From positions 116,868-180,867 of the forward strand of contig CAVZPM010000039.1 in assembly GCA_963777155.1 (NCBI GenBank): a stretch of 64,000 nt of DNA. Direction: 5' to 3'. Position 1 is the stretch's first letter. The number at the start of each line of letters is the position of its first letter. A program made the position numbers and the translations under genes. Below are positions 40,297 to 51,564 of this stretch, piece after piece. The notes below the pieces were generated by a model that saw only the letters and a program-made list of their open reading frames with translations, was not told the DNA's origin and ran no database searches. This DNA comes from Candidatus Bathyarchaeota archaeon. GTDB taxonomy: Archaea; Thermoproteota; Bathyarchaeia; Bathyarchaeales; Bathycorpusculaceae.

Positions 40297-42786
40297 ATGA
40301 ATCAAAACCTAAAACAAATATTCGCAATATGTCTACTACTATCATTTGCAGTTTCAATAGTGGCAGCATTTCCACTAAGCAATGCGCAAACAACAGCTAA
40401 AAAAACCTACGCATTCATTAACGCTACACCCAACCCCGTCGGTGTCGGCCAAGAAACGCTGCTTCACATCGGCATTTCAGAAGCCACCAACGGAACATAC
40501 TTTGGCTGGACAGGCTTGACAGTAACAATGACCAAACCCGACGGCACTGTACAAACCTTGGGTCCTTTCAAAACAGATGCAACAGGAGGCACAGGCTACT
40601 CAATTACACCCGACCAAGTCGGAACATACACACTTCAGACACACTTCCCAGAACAGAAAATGGTCCCAGGCTTTGCCTTCCCACCAGTTGAACGAACATA
40701 CGCCGCCAGTGACAGCCCAGTGGTCAACCTCGTCGTACAACAAGATCCAATCGCCTACTTCCCAGCATTTCCCACTACCGACTGAATACTGGAACAGACC
40801 AATCAACGCACAATTCTACGAATGGGCTCCATTGACAGGTGACTGGCTAAGACCCGCTGGAAGCTACACTATGCCACCAATTGACAAGTACCATGATGGC
40901 AACGCAAACGCACCCGAAACAGCCCACATTCTCTGGACTACTCCGTATGCCGAAGGCGGCATGGCTGGAAGTGAACAGGGTGTAATGGGTTATGAAATGG
41001 GTGACGCATACGTTGGCAAATTCTTAGGAACAGTCGTAATCAACGGCGTAATGTACTACAACAGTTATCAAGCAACAGGCGGAACTGCGGTTGAACAAAC
41101 CGTACATGCAGTAAATCTAAAGACTGGCGAAGAACTCTGGGTTAAAAACTGGAACAATTCAAGACTAGCCTTTGGTCAAGTATACAACTTCCAAGGATTC
41201 AACTACTACGGCTGCTTCGCATACCTATGGACCGTATCAGGCACCACTTGGGATGCATACGACGCACTCACTGGACGCTGGGTATACGAAATAACAAACG
41301 TACCTGCAGCAAACCCCAACTATAACTACTATGGAGAAAGAGGCGAAATCATAAGATACACTGTTAACCAACAAGCCGGCTGGATGGCTATGTGGAACTC
41401 AAGCAGAGCTACTAACCCACAGATCGCACAAGGCGTTGCAGACGGCAGCTGGGATATACCTGGAAGCAAATTCGACGGTTCAAGAGGTATACAATGGAAC
41501 GTAACCATACCCACAGGCTTACCGGGCGCTGTTTGCCACGCAGCAGTCAACGATTGCGTACTTGGATCACAATCATCAGCCTTCCCAAGCTTTAGCGGCG
41601 CAACAATCACGTCATGGGCAATAAGTACAAAGAACGAAAACGCAGGAACACTGATTTTCAAGAACACTTGGACAGTACCATCAGGCGAAGAAGAGGCAAC
41701 TTGGGTTTGGAGTGATGTAAGCTTTGATGACCGCGTCTTTATCATGTCATGCAAGGAGAATCTCAAATTCTACGGCTTTGACTTAAACACTGGAAACTAT
41801 AAGTGGACAACAGAACCAGAAAGCTACCTACAATACTACGACAAATGGTATGGACCAATGCACGCATACGGAATGTTCTACAGTGAACGCATGAGCGGAC
41901 AGATAATTGCTTATGATATACAGACAGGTCAAAGAGTTTGGAACTTCAACGTTACTGATCCCTACTCCGAAATTCTGTGGAGTGAGAACTTCCCAACCGA
42001 ATTCCACTTCGCTACAGACGGAAAAATCTACGCTTCCTACGCAGAGCACTCACCTAACCTCAGCTCACGAGGCGCACCTATGGTCTGCCTTAACGCAACA
42101 ACCGGTGAAGAAATCTGGAGAATAAGCTGGTTTGGTAACTGGTGGGGCGGAACTAATGTTATCGGTGACAGTGTAATGGCAGGACTCAACGCAGGCTACG
42201 ACAACCGTATATACTCTTTCGGTCAAGGACCAAGTGCAACATCCGTTGAAGCATCACCTAAAGTCTCAACCAACGGCGACAAAGTCTTAGTCGAAGGATA
42301 CGTAACTGACATAGCTCCAGGCTTAAGCAAATATGACATCGCTGCAAGATTCCCCAACGGAGTTCCAGCAGTCTCTGACGCAAGCATGACAGACTTTATG
42401 CAATACGTTTGGATGCAATACCCCACACGCCCAGCAAGCACAGGTGTCCCAGTTACTATATTCGTAACTGACCCCAACGGCAATAGTTACCAAGTAGCCA
42501 CAGCGACAAGCGACGCAAACGGCTTCTACAGCACTAACTTTGTACCCGAAGTTCCAGGTCAATACACAATCATGGCTGTATTCGAAGGCACTAAATCATT
42601 CTATGGTTCCAACGCAGTAACAGCCATAAACGTTGGCGATGCTCCAACAGCTACTCCACAACCAACACAAGCCAGCTACATCAATGGCTGACCAATACCT
42701 CTTACCGGGTATAGTTGGCATAATTGTCGCAATCGCAGTCGTAGGCGCAATACTAGCATTCGCTAGTCACAAAGAAAAGACCATAA
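40297..42786 (+). CDS. secreted PQQ-like beta-propeller surface protein with C-terminal TM (two apparent indels)
   Basis: Signal peptide, PNPVGVGQ, repeated A(V/Y/L)(N/D)xxTGxxxW propeller blades, Ig-like TDPNG..SDANGFY and a TM with basic tail. Confidence 0.85.
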
Positions 42787-43018
42787 GAAAAACAACCAAA
42801 CAACAAACACCTTTCCTTTTTTTATTTTCCAAGAAGCAATGCCTAATAAATGGCTCTAAGTGGGTTCTAATAATATTCTCAAATAGCTACTAACAAGAAG
42901 GACTTTTACATCTGCTCTTCTCCTTAAAAAGCCAGAACCTCAGTAAACCCCTAAAGATACTTGTGTTCGGAATCACAATTGTCATGTGCATAAGTCGCTG
43001 GGTTGTGGCTTCAGGTTC

Positions 43019-44002
43019 TTATTTTTGTGAGTCAATTTTGGCGTTGGCTATAGCCTGGCTTTTCTCGCTTAACATAGTTCTGTAGTTTGGGCTGACTGGA
43101 AAATCAACGTTGTTAACGCAGGAAAATTCAACCCTTTGTATATTAGGTGCTTTTCTAGCTTCTTCTAACAATATTTGAATACTCTTTAAGTCTGTAATTG
43201 GAGCCATTACCATAAGGTCATAGGGTCCGATGGTTTGTGTTACTATCAACACATTTTTTATGGTACTAAGATATGTTATTGTTTCTGATTTACTGCAGTT
43301 TGGAGTTAACGTAATCAACAAAAAGGTTTTGCCCTGGAAACCTAATTTCCCTAAGTCTATTGATACCCTGCATCCAAATATTATACCCTCTTTTTTCATC
43401 CTTTCGAAGCGTCTTTTAACTGTGCATGGGGTTGCACCAACCTTTTTGGCAATATCGACAAAAGAAAGTGCCGCATCTCTCTCAAGTTCGCTCAGAATAA
43501 GGTAGTCTGTTTTATTCGTGTTATTTTCCCTCTTTAAGCGGAAGATTAATATTATCAAAATTTAGGCAAGGTATCCCTGACCAAACAGACACAACTACCC
43601 TTCTAATTCCAGGAAGCCTTTTTACCAAATCCACGCGCTCGTTCAATTTTGTTAAATCCTCTGCATAGATTACTGCTTGGAAGTCATATTTTCCTAAACT
43701 AGTTGAGGGTTCAACCAAATAGGTATGTTCACTAAAAAATCTGAAGATTTGTGAAATATTAGCGTCAGAATCAAGTTCCATTCCAATTGAAGCGACAACT
43801 CGAAAGCCGAAAGTATCTAACGATGCGAAAAGTGTTGCGCCGGTTATTACACCAAGCTCTTTAAGTCGTTTTACTCTATTTAAGACCGAAACTGATGAAA
43901 TTCCACATTCTTTACCTATATTTTTTAAACTTCTTCGGGCATCTTGAATAAGAATGTGAAGAATTTGTTATCTATTTGATCTATTTCAACGATTGAGTTC
44001 AT
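43019..44002 (-). CDS. tandem Lrp/AsnC regulator modules (probably one double-domain gene, frameshifted)
   Basis: Module 1 from ATG 44002: IDQID..IL..LIQDARRSL..IGKECGISSVSVLNRVKRLKELGVI...GKYD. Module 2: DYLILSELERDAALSFVDIAKKVG...GPYDL. Confidence 0.8.
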
Positions 44003-44401
44003 TTTGCACATTTAAGGGCGGCGGATTAAATAAATTTTAGCCTAAAATTGACACTGCAGGAAAAATAATTTTTTCAACGCTTCTTGAAAGCAACTCTGTT
44101 ATGTCTAGAATATTGCTTTATTTTTCTAGAAATATTTCGGTTTTAGAACTATCTTTATATATGTTTTTTGGAGTTGTTTGTACTACGCCTAAATTGTGAA
44201 TTAGGTTCGCGGAAAGATCATAGATGTAACGTCAAGAAGGACCTCTCTTGCCGTTTGATTGCCCTTTCGATGAATTCAAAGGGAAACATGGTTTAAAGTT
44301 TGAAACCCTAAAATTACATAATGCTTACTTGTCCGCTTCCTTCAGGAAGGGATTTAAATAGTGTTACTTTTGCAAAATTGTGAATCATAAATTATTAGAG
44401 G

Positions 44402-44722
44402 ATGAAGTATTTGGGCAAAAATCGCGATGGTTTAAGCATAATTGCTGCCATTTTGGATGCTTGTAGTACTCAAACAAATAAGACCCACATTATGTTTTCG
44501 GCGAATCTGAGTTTCAAGTTACTAGAAAAGTACTTAGAAACTCTAACTCGGGCAAGGCTAATTAAAGTTGAAGGAAACAAATATGAATTAACAGAAGAAG
44601 GCCACGAGTTTATTGCTAATTTTAGAAATGTTCATGAGCGCTACATTTCTGCTCAAAAAACTTTCGAGTCCGTTGAATCCGAACGAAAAAAATTAGCATT
44701 AATGTATGAGGGAATCAGCTGA
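44402..44722 (+). CDS. archaeal winged-helix regulator (COG3432/HTH_45-like)
   Basis: RDGLSIIAAIL...KTHIMFSANLSFKLLEKYL..L...YELTEEG. Confidence 0.85.
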   Translation: MKYLGKNRDGLSIIAAILDACSTQTNKTHIMFSANLSFKLLEKYLETLTRARLIKVEGNKYELTEEGHEFIANFRNVHERYISAQKTFESVESERKKLALMYEGIS

Positions 44723-44824
44723 TTCTCAGTTTCAGTTAATATGTCCGGTTCAGAAGACCAGCTTTTTGAAGCAGAATATGGTGTTTCAAAAGATCAACGA
44801 CACTGATGCGAAGCAACAAATAGA

Positions 44825-45349
44825 TTGGAGGTACAAAAAATAAGAAACTGCCACAAACTTCTCGTTGTCACATTATCCATTTTGACGTTTAGCTATTGCC
44901 TTTGCAGCGAGAATTATGTTTTTGCCCAAACTGATTCGTCTGCCTTGAAACTGCAGGCGGCCAACAGCGTCGTCGGAAAGGCTTTCAACTCTGTTTTGGA
45001 AGCTGAAAAAGTAGGCGGAAACGTTTCCCAACTCTTAGTAAAACTAAATACTGCTGGAAGGTTTTTAGCAGATGCTCAAAACGCTTACAACAGTGGAAAT
45101 TCAACTAATGTTACATCCATGGTGGAAAATGCCCTTCAAATAGCCAATGAGGTTAATGCCGATGCGGTTAATTTGCGTAATGCAAGTCTTGTTGAATCTC
45201 AAAATAGTTTCTGGTTATCCTTGACTTTTTCCACTGTTGGCGCTGTTGTTTTTGCTGTCTCTTTGTTGTTTATTTGGCGACGATTTAGGCGCTCTTTCAT
45301 AAAGAAGTTGCTTTCTATGAAGCCTGAGGTGGCTGAAAATACAGCTTGA
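44825..45349 (+). CDS. hypothetical exported helical protein with C-terminal TM
   Basis: Signal-like N-terminus, AFNSVLEAEKVGGNVSQL helical bundle and a TM with basic tail. Confidence 0.7.
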   Translation: MEVQKIRNCHKLLVVTLSILTFSYCLCSENYVFAQTDSSALKLQAANSVVGKAFNSVLEAEKVGGNVSQLLVKLNTAGRFLADAQNAYNSGNSTNVTSMVENALQIANEVNADAVNLRNASLVESQNSFWLSLTFSTVGAVVFAVSLLFIWRRFRRSFIKKLLSMKPEVAENTA

Positions 45350-45932
45350 AAACATTCGAATTATCTTTATCACGATTGGCTTAATCGGAGTTTTACTGTT
45401 TGCATCACCAACTATAAGCTTTTTAATAAAACCGCCTGCAAACCAAGAGTTCTCTGAACTCTACATACTTGGACCCAATCACACCTTTGAAGACATTCCA
45501 TTTAACATTAAGGCTAAAGTGAACTATTCGGTTTATTTAGGTGTAGTCAATCATATGGGGACCTCATTTTACTACACATCTTTTGTTAAAATCACAAACC
45601 AGACCGAATCCCTTCCTAATGCAAATCTTGGTACACCCAGCCAACTTCCTGCTTTGTATGAATTCAAGTCGTTTATTAGCGATGGGGGAATATGGGAGGT
45701 GCCATTAACATTTCGAGTTAACGAATTAACCTTTACTGATGGGACGTCGCGGATCTCCAGTATAACTATTAATGGAATAGAATTATCTGTTAACCAAACA
45801 TCTGCATGGAATTCAGACAAAGCAGGATATTACTATAATCTTTTTGTCGAACTTTGGATATATAATTCTTCATTGGGAATCTCACAATTCCATAACAGGT
45901 TTGTTTCTTTACTTCTCAACATGACACAATGA
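45333..45932 (+). CDS. DUF1616-like membrane-anchored protein
   Basis: Frame open from 45321 through a TM and EFSELYILG...VYLGVVNHMG. No ATG/GTG/TTG before 45519, so the start is probably CTG 45333 or ATA 45339 after GAGGTG. Confidence 0.7.
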   Translation: MKIQLENIRIIFITIGLIGVLLFASPTISFLIKPPANQEFSELYILGPNHTFEDIPFNIKAKVNYSVYLGVVNHMGTSFYYTSFVKITNQTESLPNANLGTPSQLPALYEFKSFISDGGIWEVPLTFRVNELTFTDGTSRISSITINGIELSVNQTSAWNSDKAGYYYNLFVELWIYNSSLGISQFHNRFVSLLLNMTQ

Positions 45933-46018
45933 TTTGAAATATTGTGAAGAATCCTGCTTGAGTCAAACTGCTAGAGATAGTCAAATGTTGGAATGTTAGA
46001 TTAAGGGGTGTTGATAAA

Positions 46019-47229
46019 ATGAGTATTATTGAAATATTATTTTGGTTATGTCTTGGGGGACTTACATTATTTTACGGTACTTATTCAAGTTTGATGTATA
46101 AGTCAGCAAAAAGAAAACCAATTAAAGTTCATGAATCAATCATCAAATTCCCAGAGAAACAGGGATTCACTCCCAAAGTATCCTTAATTGTTGCAACATA
46201 TAATGAAGCAAAAGTTATTCAAAGAAAACTAATGAATATACAAGAATTAGAATATCCAAAAGATGACTTGGAAATCATAATAGTTGATAGTGCTTCCACT
46301 GACAACACTGTGGAATTAGCTAAGGCTTTTTTGGAAAATCAGAGTACTCTCTCTTTTCGCATTTTAACTCAAGCAAGAAGGGAAGGGAAAGCTTCAGCGT
46401 TGAATTATTGTCGACCATTTTGTAGTGGCAATATTGTAGTACTGACTGATGCGGATGTAATTTATGATAAGTGTGCATTAGCTCTACTTGTGGCTGGTTT
46501 TAGAGATCAATCTGTTGGAGCGATTTCTGGAAAAATAGTTATATGCAATCCCGACGAGTCATCGTCAACCAAATGCGAAAAATCATATAGAGGTATTTTC
46601 GAGATTCTTAGGATAGGCGAATCCAATCTTGATTCAACACCGATATTTAACGGTCCAATTTCTGCATTTAGAAAAGAACTATTAGATGACCTTAATCCTG
46701 CAACAGTTGCAGACGATACTGAATTGTCTTTGAAAATACGAGAAAAAGGCTTGGAAATCTATCTACGAACCTTTCGCTATAGCTTATGAATATACTCCAG
46801 ACAATTTCAAGTCTAGAAACAAACAAAAAATCAGAAGAGGTCAGGGCGTCATCCAATCATTTTTGTGGCATCGAAAAATGTTTTTCCGCTCCAAATACGG
46901 CTTTTATGGACTATTTATTTTGCCAGCTGAAATTTTCATGCATGTTATTTCTCCACTACTTGTCGTTGCGACAATTTCGTTAGGATTTTTGAATTTAGCA
47001 TTTACACCAGGTTTTATTTTGTTTGGGTTACTGGCAATAGTTATATTGGCTTTATTTAGCCTTATTAAATTAATTCTGAAATTCTTCGAGCCAAAGGAAT
47101 ATTTTCGACCCAATTGATGCACTTATTACTTTTCTAAATATCCAATATAACCTTATATTCAGTATGATTTCCCTCGTTTCAAAGAAAAACGGTTCTATGT
47201 GGGAAAAGATTGAAGATGTCAGGCACTAA
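46019..47229 (+). CDS. GT2 glycosyltransferase, cellulose-synthase-like membrane type (frameshifted)
   Basis: N-terminal TM; IVATYNE, VDSASTD, GKASALN, TDAD and ADDTEL; C-terminal TMs in shifted frames. Confidence 0.85.
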
Positions 47230-47563
47230 ATTAAATTTTCTTGGTGTTTGAATTAATTATTCTTACTCGATTGGAATGGTTCATTTTTGATTGTTTTAGG
47301 ATGCATTTTTGTTGCGTGAAAATTAATCGCTCAAAAATGGAATACGACATTTTACAAAAGAATAATGGTCTGTTCAAATCTTGATTTAAGGGTACTCGAA
47401 GATATGCTGGAAAATAGTAAAACATTTCTTTGCATATCTGTACTCAAATAAGGTTCTCTTTTAGACTTTCTTATTAAGAGATTTTATTGAGTTTGGTCGG
47501 ACTTACAAAATCAAACTATGACAATGTTCACGAAAAGATAAAATCGCTGATAACTGGCGGGGC

Positions 47564-48360
47564 ATGAATCTTGAAAATGGTGATACCGTAGGTCTAAGAT
47601 TAATTTGTGTGATTTCTGATTGACCTGAGACTGGAGCTGTTACTCACCCGATGTCTTTCTTGATGCTACATTGAGGTATCTTACGATCAGAATTTAAAAA
47701 TTTGAACATTTTGTTGTTGAGAGTGATGCATCTATGCTCGTCCAGATCTTCTAATTAAATGGCTTGGATTTGAGAGTATTCTCAAGAGGAATAATGCAAA
47801 ATACATCAATCTTTCAAAAACTGCAACATTCCAAAAAGTCTATAAATGGGCGGTATTTCAAAGAAATGGATATTCCAGCACTATTTGTTGGCTCAAATTA
47901 TTTTATTTCTATGGCCAAACTGAAAACAGCCATGCTTACAAAAGTTACATGTTGCTTGAAAAATCAGTTTGGATGTATTCCTTATCGAAAAAAAAGTTTC
48001 ATACTAATCTGGATGACGTTATTGTAGATTCTAACCTAGCAATGAAACCGGATTTTTGTATTGTAGATGGAATTGTAGCTATGGGCGGAACTAAAGGACC
48101 AAATGATGGAGTTCCCTAAATTATGGAACAATAATTTCTGGGAAAGATCCAGTAGCTGTTGATAGTGTATGTGCAAAAATTTTAGGATTTTAACCCTTAT
48201 TTTGTTGGTCACATTAGAAAAGCTCAGGGATCATCCTCAGGACGTAAAATGTAAGATAATCGGTGAAAATCTTGATGCAGTAGCAAAGAATTCGGAATAT
48301 AGCGATTCATATGCAAGAATTTTAAGGTGGACCATGGGTTTAAAAAATAGTATAGGGTGA
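47564..48360 (+). pseudogene. DUF362-like protein, heavily fragmented (errors or decay)
   Basis: Fragments TGAVTHP, VVESDAS, MAKLKT..TKVTCCLKNQFGC, IVDGIVAM and DPVAVD; 5' end uncertain. Confidence 0.6.
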
Positions 48361-48365
48361 AAAAA

Positions 48366-49409
48366 ATGAAAGTTGGTGTAATTGGTTGCGGGATGATCGC
48401 AAAAAAGGCTCATTTGCCAGCTTATCGGAGCCTTGAAAATGTTGACATAATAGGCGTCTCTGATATTGAAGAGGACAAGCCAAATCAATAGGCAAGAAGT
48501 TCGGCGCAAACAAATGGTTTACAGACTATCATGAGTTGTTAAAGGAAGATTTAGATTTAGTGAGTATTTGTACTCCTATTTCTACTCATGCTCAAATTAC
48601 CAAAGATGCAGCTGAAGCAGGTGTAAACGTGCTTGTAGAGAAACCGATGGCGACAACCACTCAGGAAGCGGATGAGATGATTGATGCATGCAGGCAATCT
48701 GGCGTGCAACTATGTGTTATGCATAACTTTCGGTTTGTTCCATGTCTTCTGGAGACTAACAAGAGAATTGACGATGGTCGGATAGGTCGTATAGTCAGTA
48801 TTCAAGCAACTAAATATGACCTGATTCCAATGTCTTGGAGTCATAGTTCGTGGTTCTAATTATAAATGGGGTCTTCTAGAAGATGTTGGGATTCATATGA
48901 TTGATGCGATAAATTTTTTATGCAACTCTGAACTTGAAGATGTTAAAGTTATTGCAAGAGACTATACCGATAATATGGGTTGCTTGAACCACGTCTTATC
49001 AATGATGTTGTTCAAGAACAAAGCCACTGCATCTCTTGATCTTTCATGGGTTTCAGGTTGCGTTGAAAGCTCATTGAAGGTACAAGGTACAGGAGGAATG
49101 TTAAATGTTGATATTAGAAATAACCATATGCAGGAAATTCACGGATATTCTACTCCTTTGGAAGACTTGAAGAGCCAGACAAAGAAATCATTTAGAACCA
49201 TGAGGAGTGCTCTCAATAAAACATACTTTAAAGGCACAATGTTATATCACAGGCAAATTATAGAGGATTTTATTTCAAGCATTACAGAAGGAAGAGAACC
49301 TCCGGTAACTGGGGAAGAAGGAAGAAAATCGATTGCGATCTTGGGTGCGATAAAGCATTCTCAAGAAAACACCTTCGAAAAAGAATCAGATTGCAGGCTT
49401 TCATCTTGA
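48366..49409 (+). CDS. Gfo/Idh/MocA oxidoreductase (frameshifted)
   Basis: MKVGVIGCGMIA, ICTP..H, VLVEKPMA, HNFRF and DVGIHMID. Confidence 0.85.
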
Positions 49410-49424
49410 TTGTCCAAGCAATAG

Positions 49425-50777
49425 TCAATGAGACGAATAGTAGTTCTTTATAATGTTTCCGTATGGTGTTGGGGTTCCGTTCCAATCTGCTATTAGCATG
49501 TCTGCGTTGTCGTAAGCTGATGTACTCCATCTCCAAGCAGTATATCCACTGTACCCGTCTGCATCACTTACCGCCATGAAATTATTAAGCCATGTAGTAA
49601 CGAAAGCATTAGGGTTGCCTGTGGTACTCCAGTCTGGACCAAATTCAGTGAAGATTACGGGGTAACGTGCTTTTACCCAATCAGCATATAAAGTGTAGTC
49701 GCCGTTGCTACCTAAACAATATCGTATGCCTGACTGAGAATTATCTGTTTTCCCTTGTGCGTATAGATGACCACAATAAACTATGTTAGGCCGATTTATA
49801 GCATAAGATTGGACAAACTGTAAACTTAATGTGTCCCAATCCCCAGAACCAGCAGCTTGAACAACAACTATGGCCTGAGAGTCGTAAGCTCGTATTGCAT
49901 CAATCGCCGCTTCATTTTGAACTTTATATGTTGCAAGGTTACAATTTAGTGGTTCATTATATAGTTCATACATTACGCCTTTGCCAGCATATCGTTGTGC
50001 TAACTGTGAATAAACTGAAGTATAGTCAGCCCATGTATGATGCACAGACATATAGTGAGCAACGTTCATCGTGTCTATACCGTGAGAACATTTTCCCATT
50101 GTTGCCCAGCCGCATATGATTGGGTAGATGCCGTTTGCTATTGCTGCGTTGACTTGGCTGTCAAGACGTGTCCAGAAAGCAGAATTGCTATAGACGCCAA
50201 GATTTCCTGGTGAAGTTCCGATGTCCCAATCGGAAATTGTGAGGCGTACCGCGTTGCATCCCCAGTTCTTCATGTAAGCGTATTGTGCTGCGTCGTAGCC
50301 TACTCCTGCATCCCACCATGTTGTAATAGAGTTATCTACACCTCTTAGAATTACAGTGTTGCCGTTTGCATCTTTGATTTTGTTTCCATCAACATGTAAA
50401 CTAGAGTATTGTTGTGTTGGGGTAGGAGTCGGACTCGGTGTCGATGTAGGACGCGGAGTTGACGTTGGCGTAGCTGTGGGTTGAGGTGTCGATGTAGGAC
50501 GCGGAGTTGACGTTGGCGTAGCTGTGGGTTGAGGTGTTGAAGTAGGAATCGGGGTTGATGTCGGCGTTGGTATTGGCGTTGAAGTTGTACTTGGCGCAGG
50601 TGCCAGTGTTGGTGTCGATGCTACAATTTGGGAATAAATAATTGATCCGTTGGATAAAATATTCGTGGATGTGCTTGCATTAGATTGTGCAACTATAATC
50701 GGCAATGACGTTAGGAAAGTAACAGAAATAAGAAACGTGAACAGCAGAGTTACTGATGACTTGTGACTGTGTTTTAT
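49425..50777 (-). CDS. secreted glycoside hydrolase family 5 with Pro/Thr linker
   Basis: [36 protein letters not shown] (acid/base) and IFTEFG (nucleophile). The signal peptide extends in frame upstream of TTG 50705 to ATA 50777. Confidence 0.88.
   Translation of the reverse strand: MKHSHKSSVTLLFTFLISVTFLTSLPIIVAQSNASTSTNILSNGSIIYSQIVASTPTLAPAPSTTSTPIPTPTSTPIPTSTPQPTATPTSTPRPTSTPQPTATPTSTPRPTSTPSPTPTPTQQYSSLHVDGNKIKDANGNTVILRGVDNSITTWWDAGVGYDAAQYAYMKNWGCNAVRLTISDWDIGTSPGNLGVYSNSAFWTRLDSQVNAAIANGIYPIICGWATMGKCSHGIDTMNVAHYMSVHHTWADYTSVYSQLAQRYAGKGVMYELYNEPLNCNLATYKVQNEAAIDAIRAYDSQAIVVVQAAGSGDWDTLSLQFVQSYAINRPNIVYCGHLYAQGKTDNSQSGIRYCLGSNGDYTLYADWVKARYPVIFTEFGPDWSTTGNPNAFVTTWLNNFMAVSDADGYSGYTAWRWSTSAYDNADMLIADWNGTPTPYGNIIKNYYSSH
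50437..50532. repeat. perfect 48-bp tandem duplication in the GH5 PT linker
   Basis: GGTGTCGATGTAGGACGCGGAGTTGACGTTGGCGTAGCTGTGGGTTGA at 50437 and 50485. Confidence 0.9.
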
Positions 50778-51564
50778 CTTCTCACCCTTTTGTTATTGTG
50801 TATTAAGATATAATATATATGTTCCTTTTTGTCGTTTCAAATCTCCAATGTGTCCAACTTGTATACAAAAGGTGGCTGAATACTCAATAGCTCGAAAAAT
50901 GCCTATAAAAGAACCGAATGCACATCAAAGAGAATTAATACAAACTAAAGGCTATGCGCTTCTGCTTTTAATGAAATATTATCTTCAAAGAAACAAAACA
51001 AAATATTTAGGTATCTGAGGTATAAGAAATAATGGATATTATCTACTCCTGTCAGCAGGAGATTATTAGATCTATCTTCATCTTCAATTTTTCAACTAAA
51101 CTACAATATAACGGATTTCTTGCTGTAGCCAAGATAGATTTGAAATACGCAACACTAACGTATTTTTAGATCGCTAAAAATCTAAGAAATCGTTGATGAA
51201 AAAAAGTGATTTGGATTTTTGGTATGATTGAGTAAAAAGCAAATATGCCTGATTACAAGAGCTTTGAAAATGATGAATTACTAGCTGTTTCATGCAACAC
51301 TGAACAGAGAACGCAAACCATTTGTACCCTCAACTTCACTTAAATATTGCTGAGGAAGCTGCGAAGTTGTTTTTCAACGTGCCCTTTTGAGTAATCAAAA
51401 GTGTCTCAACAGAGGCTATTTCAAGGTGTCCTCAATTATTATAAACTGAATGCGGGAAGATTCTTCCAGCAAACCATCTCTCCTGAATGCCATAAAGCAA
51501 TCATCAACTATTCAGAGAAAAAAGAAAAAAAATAATTACCGCGTATTACCCGAGTGACAGCATT

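Noticed and set aside
50437-50600. CRISPR-like repeats
   Set aside because: Contiguous coding tandem repeat with no spacers; it encodes the PT linker.
51270-51355. Box C/D sRNA (ATGATGA...CTGA)
   Set aside because: The spacing is too long and no convincing C'/D' pair was seen.
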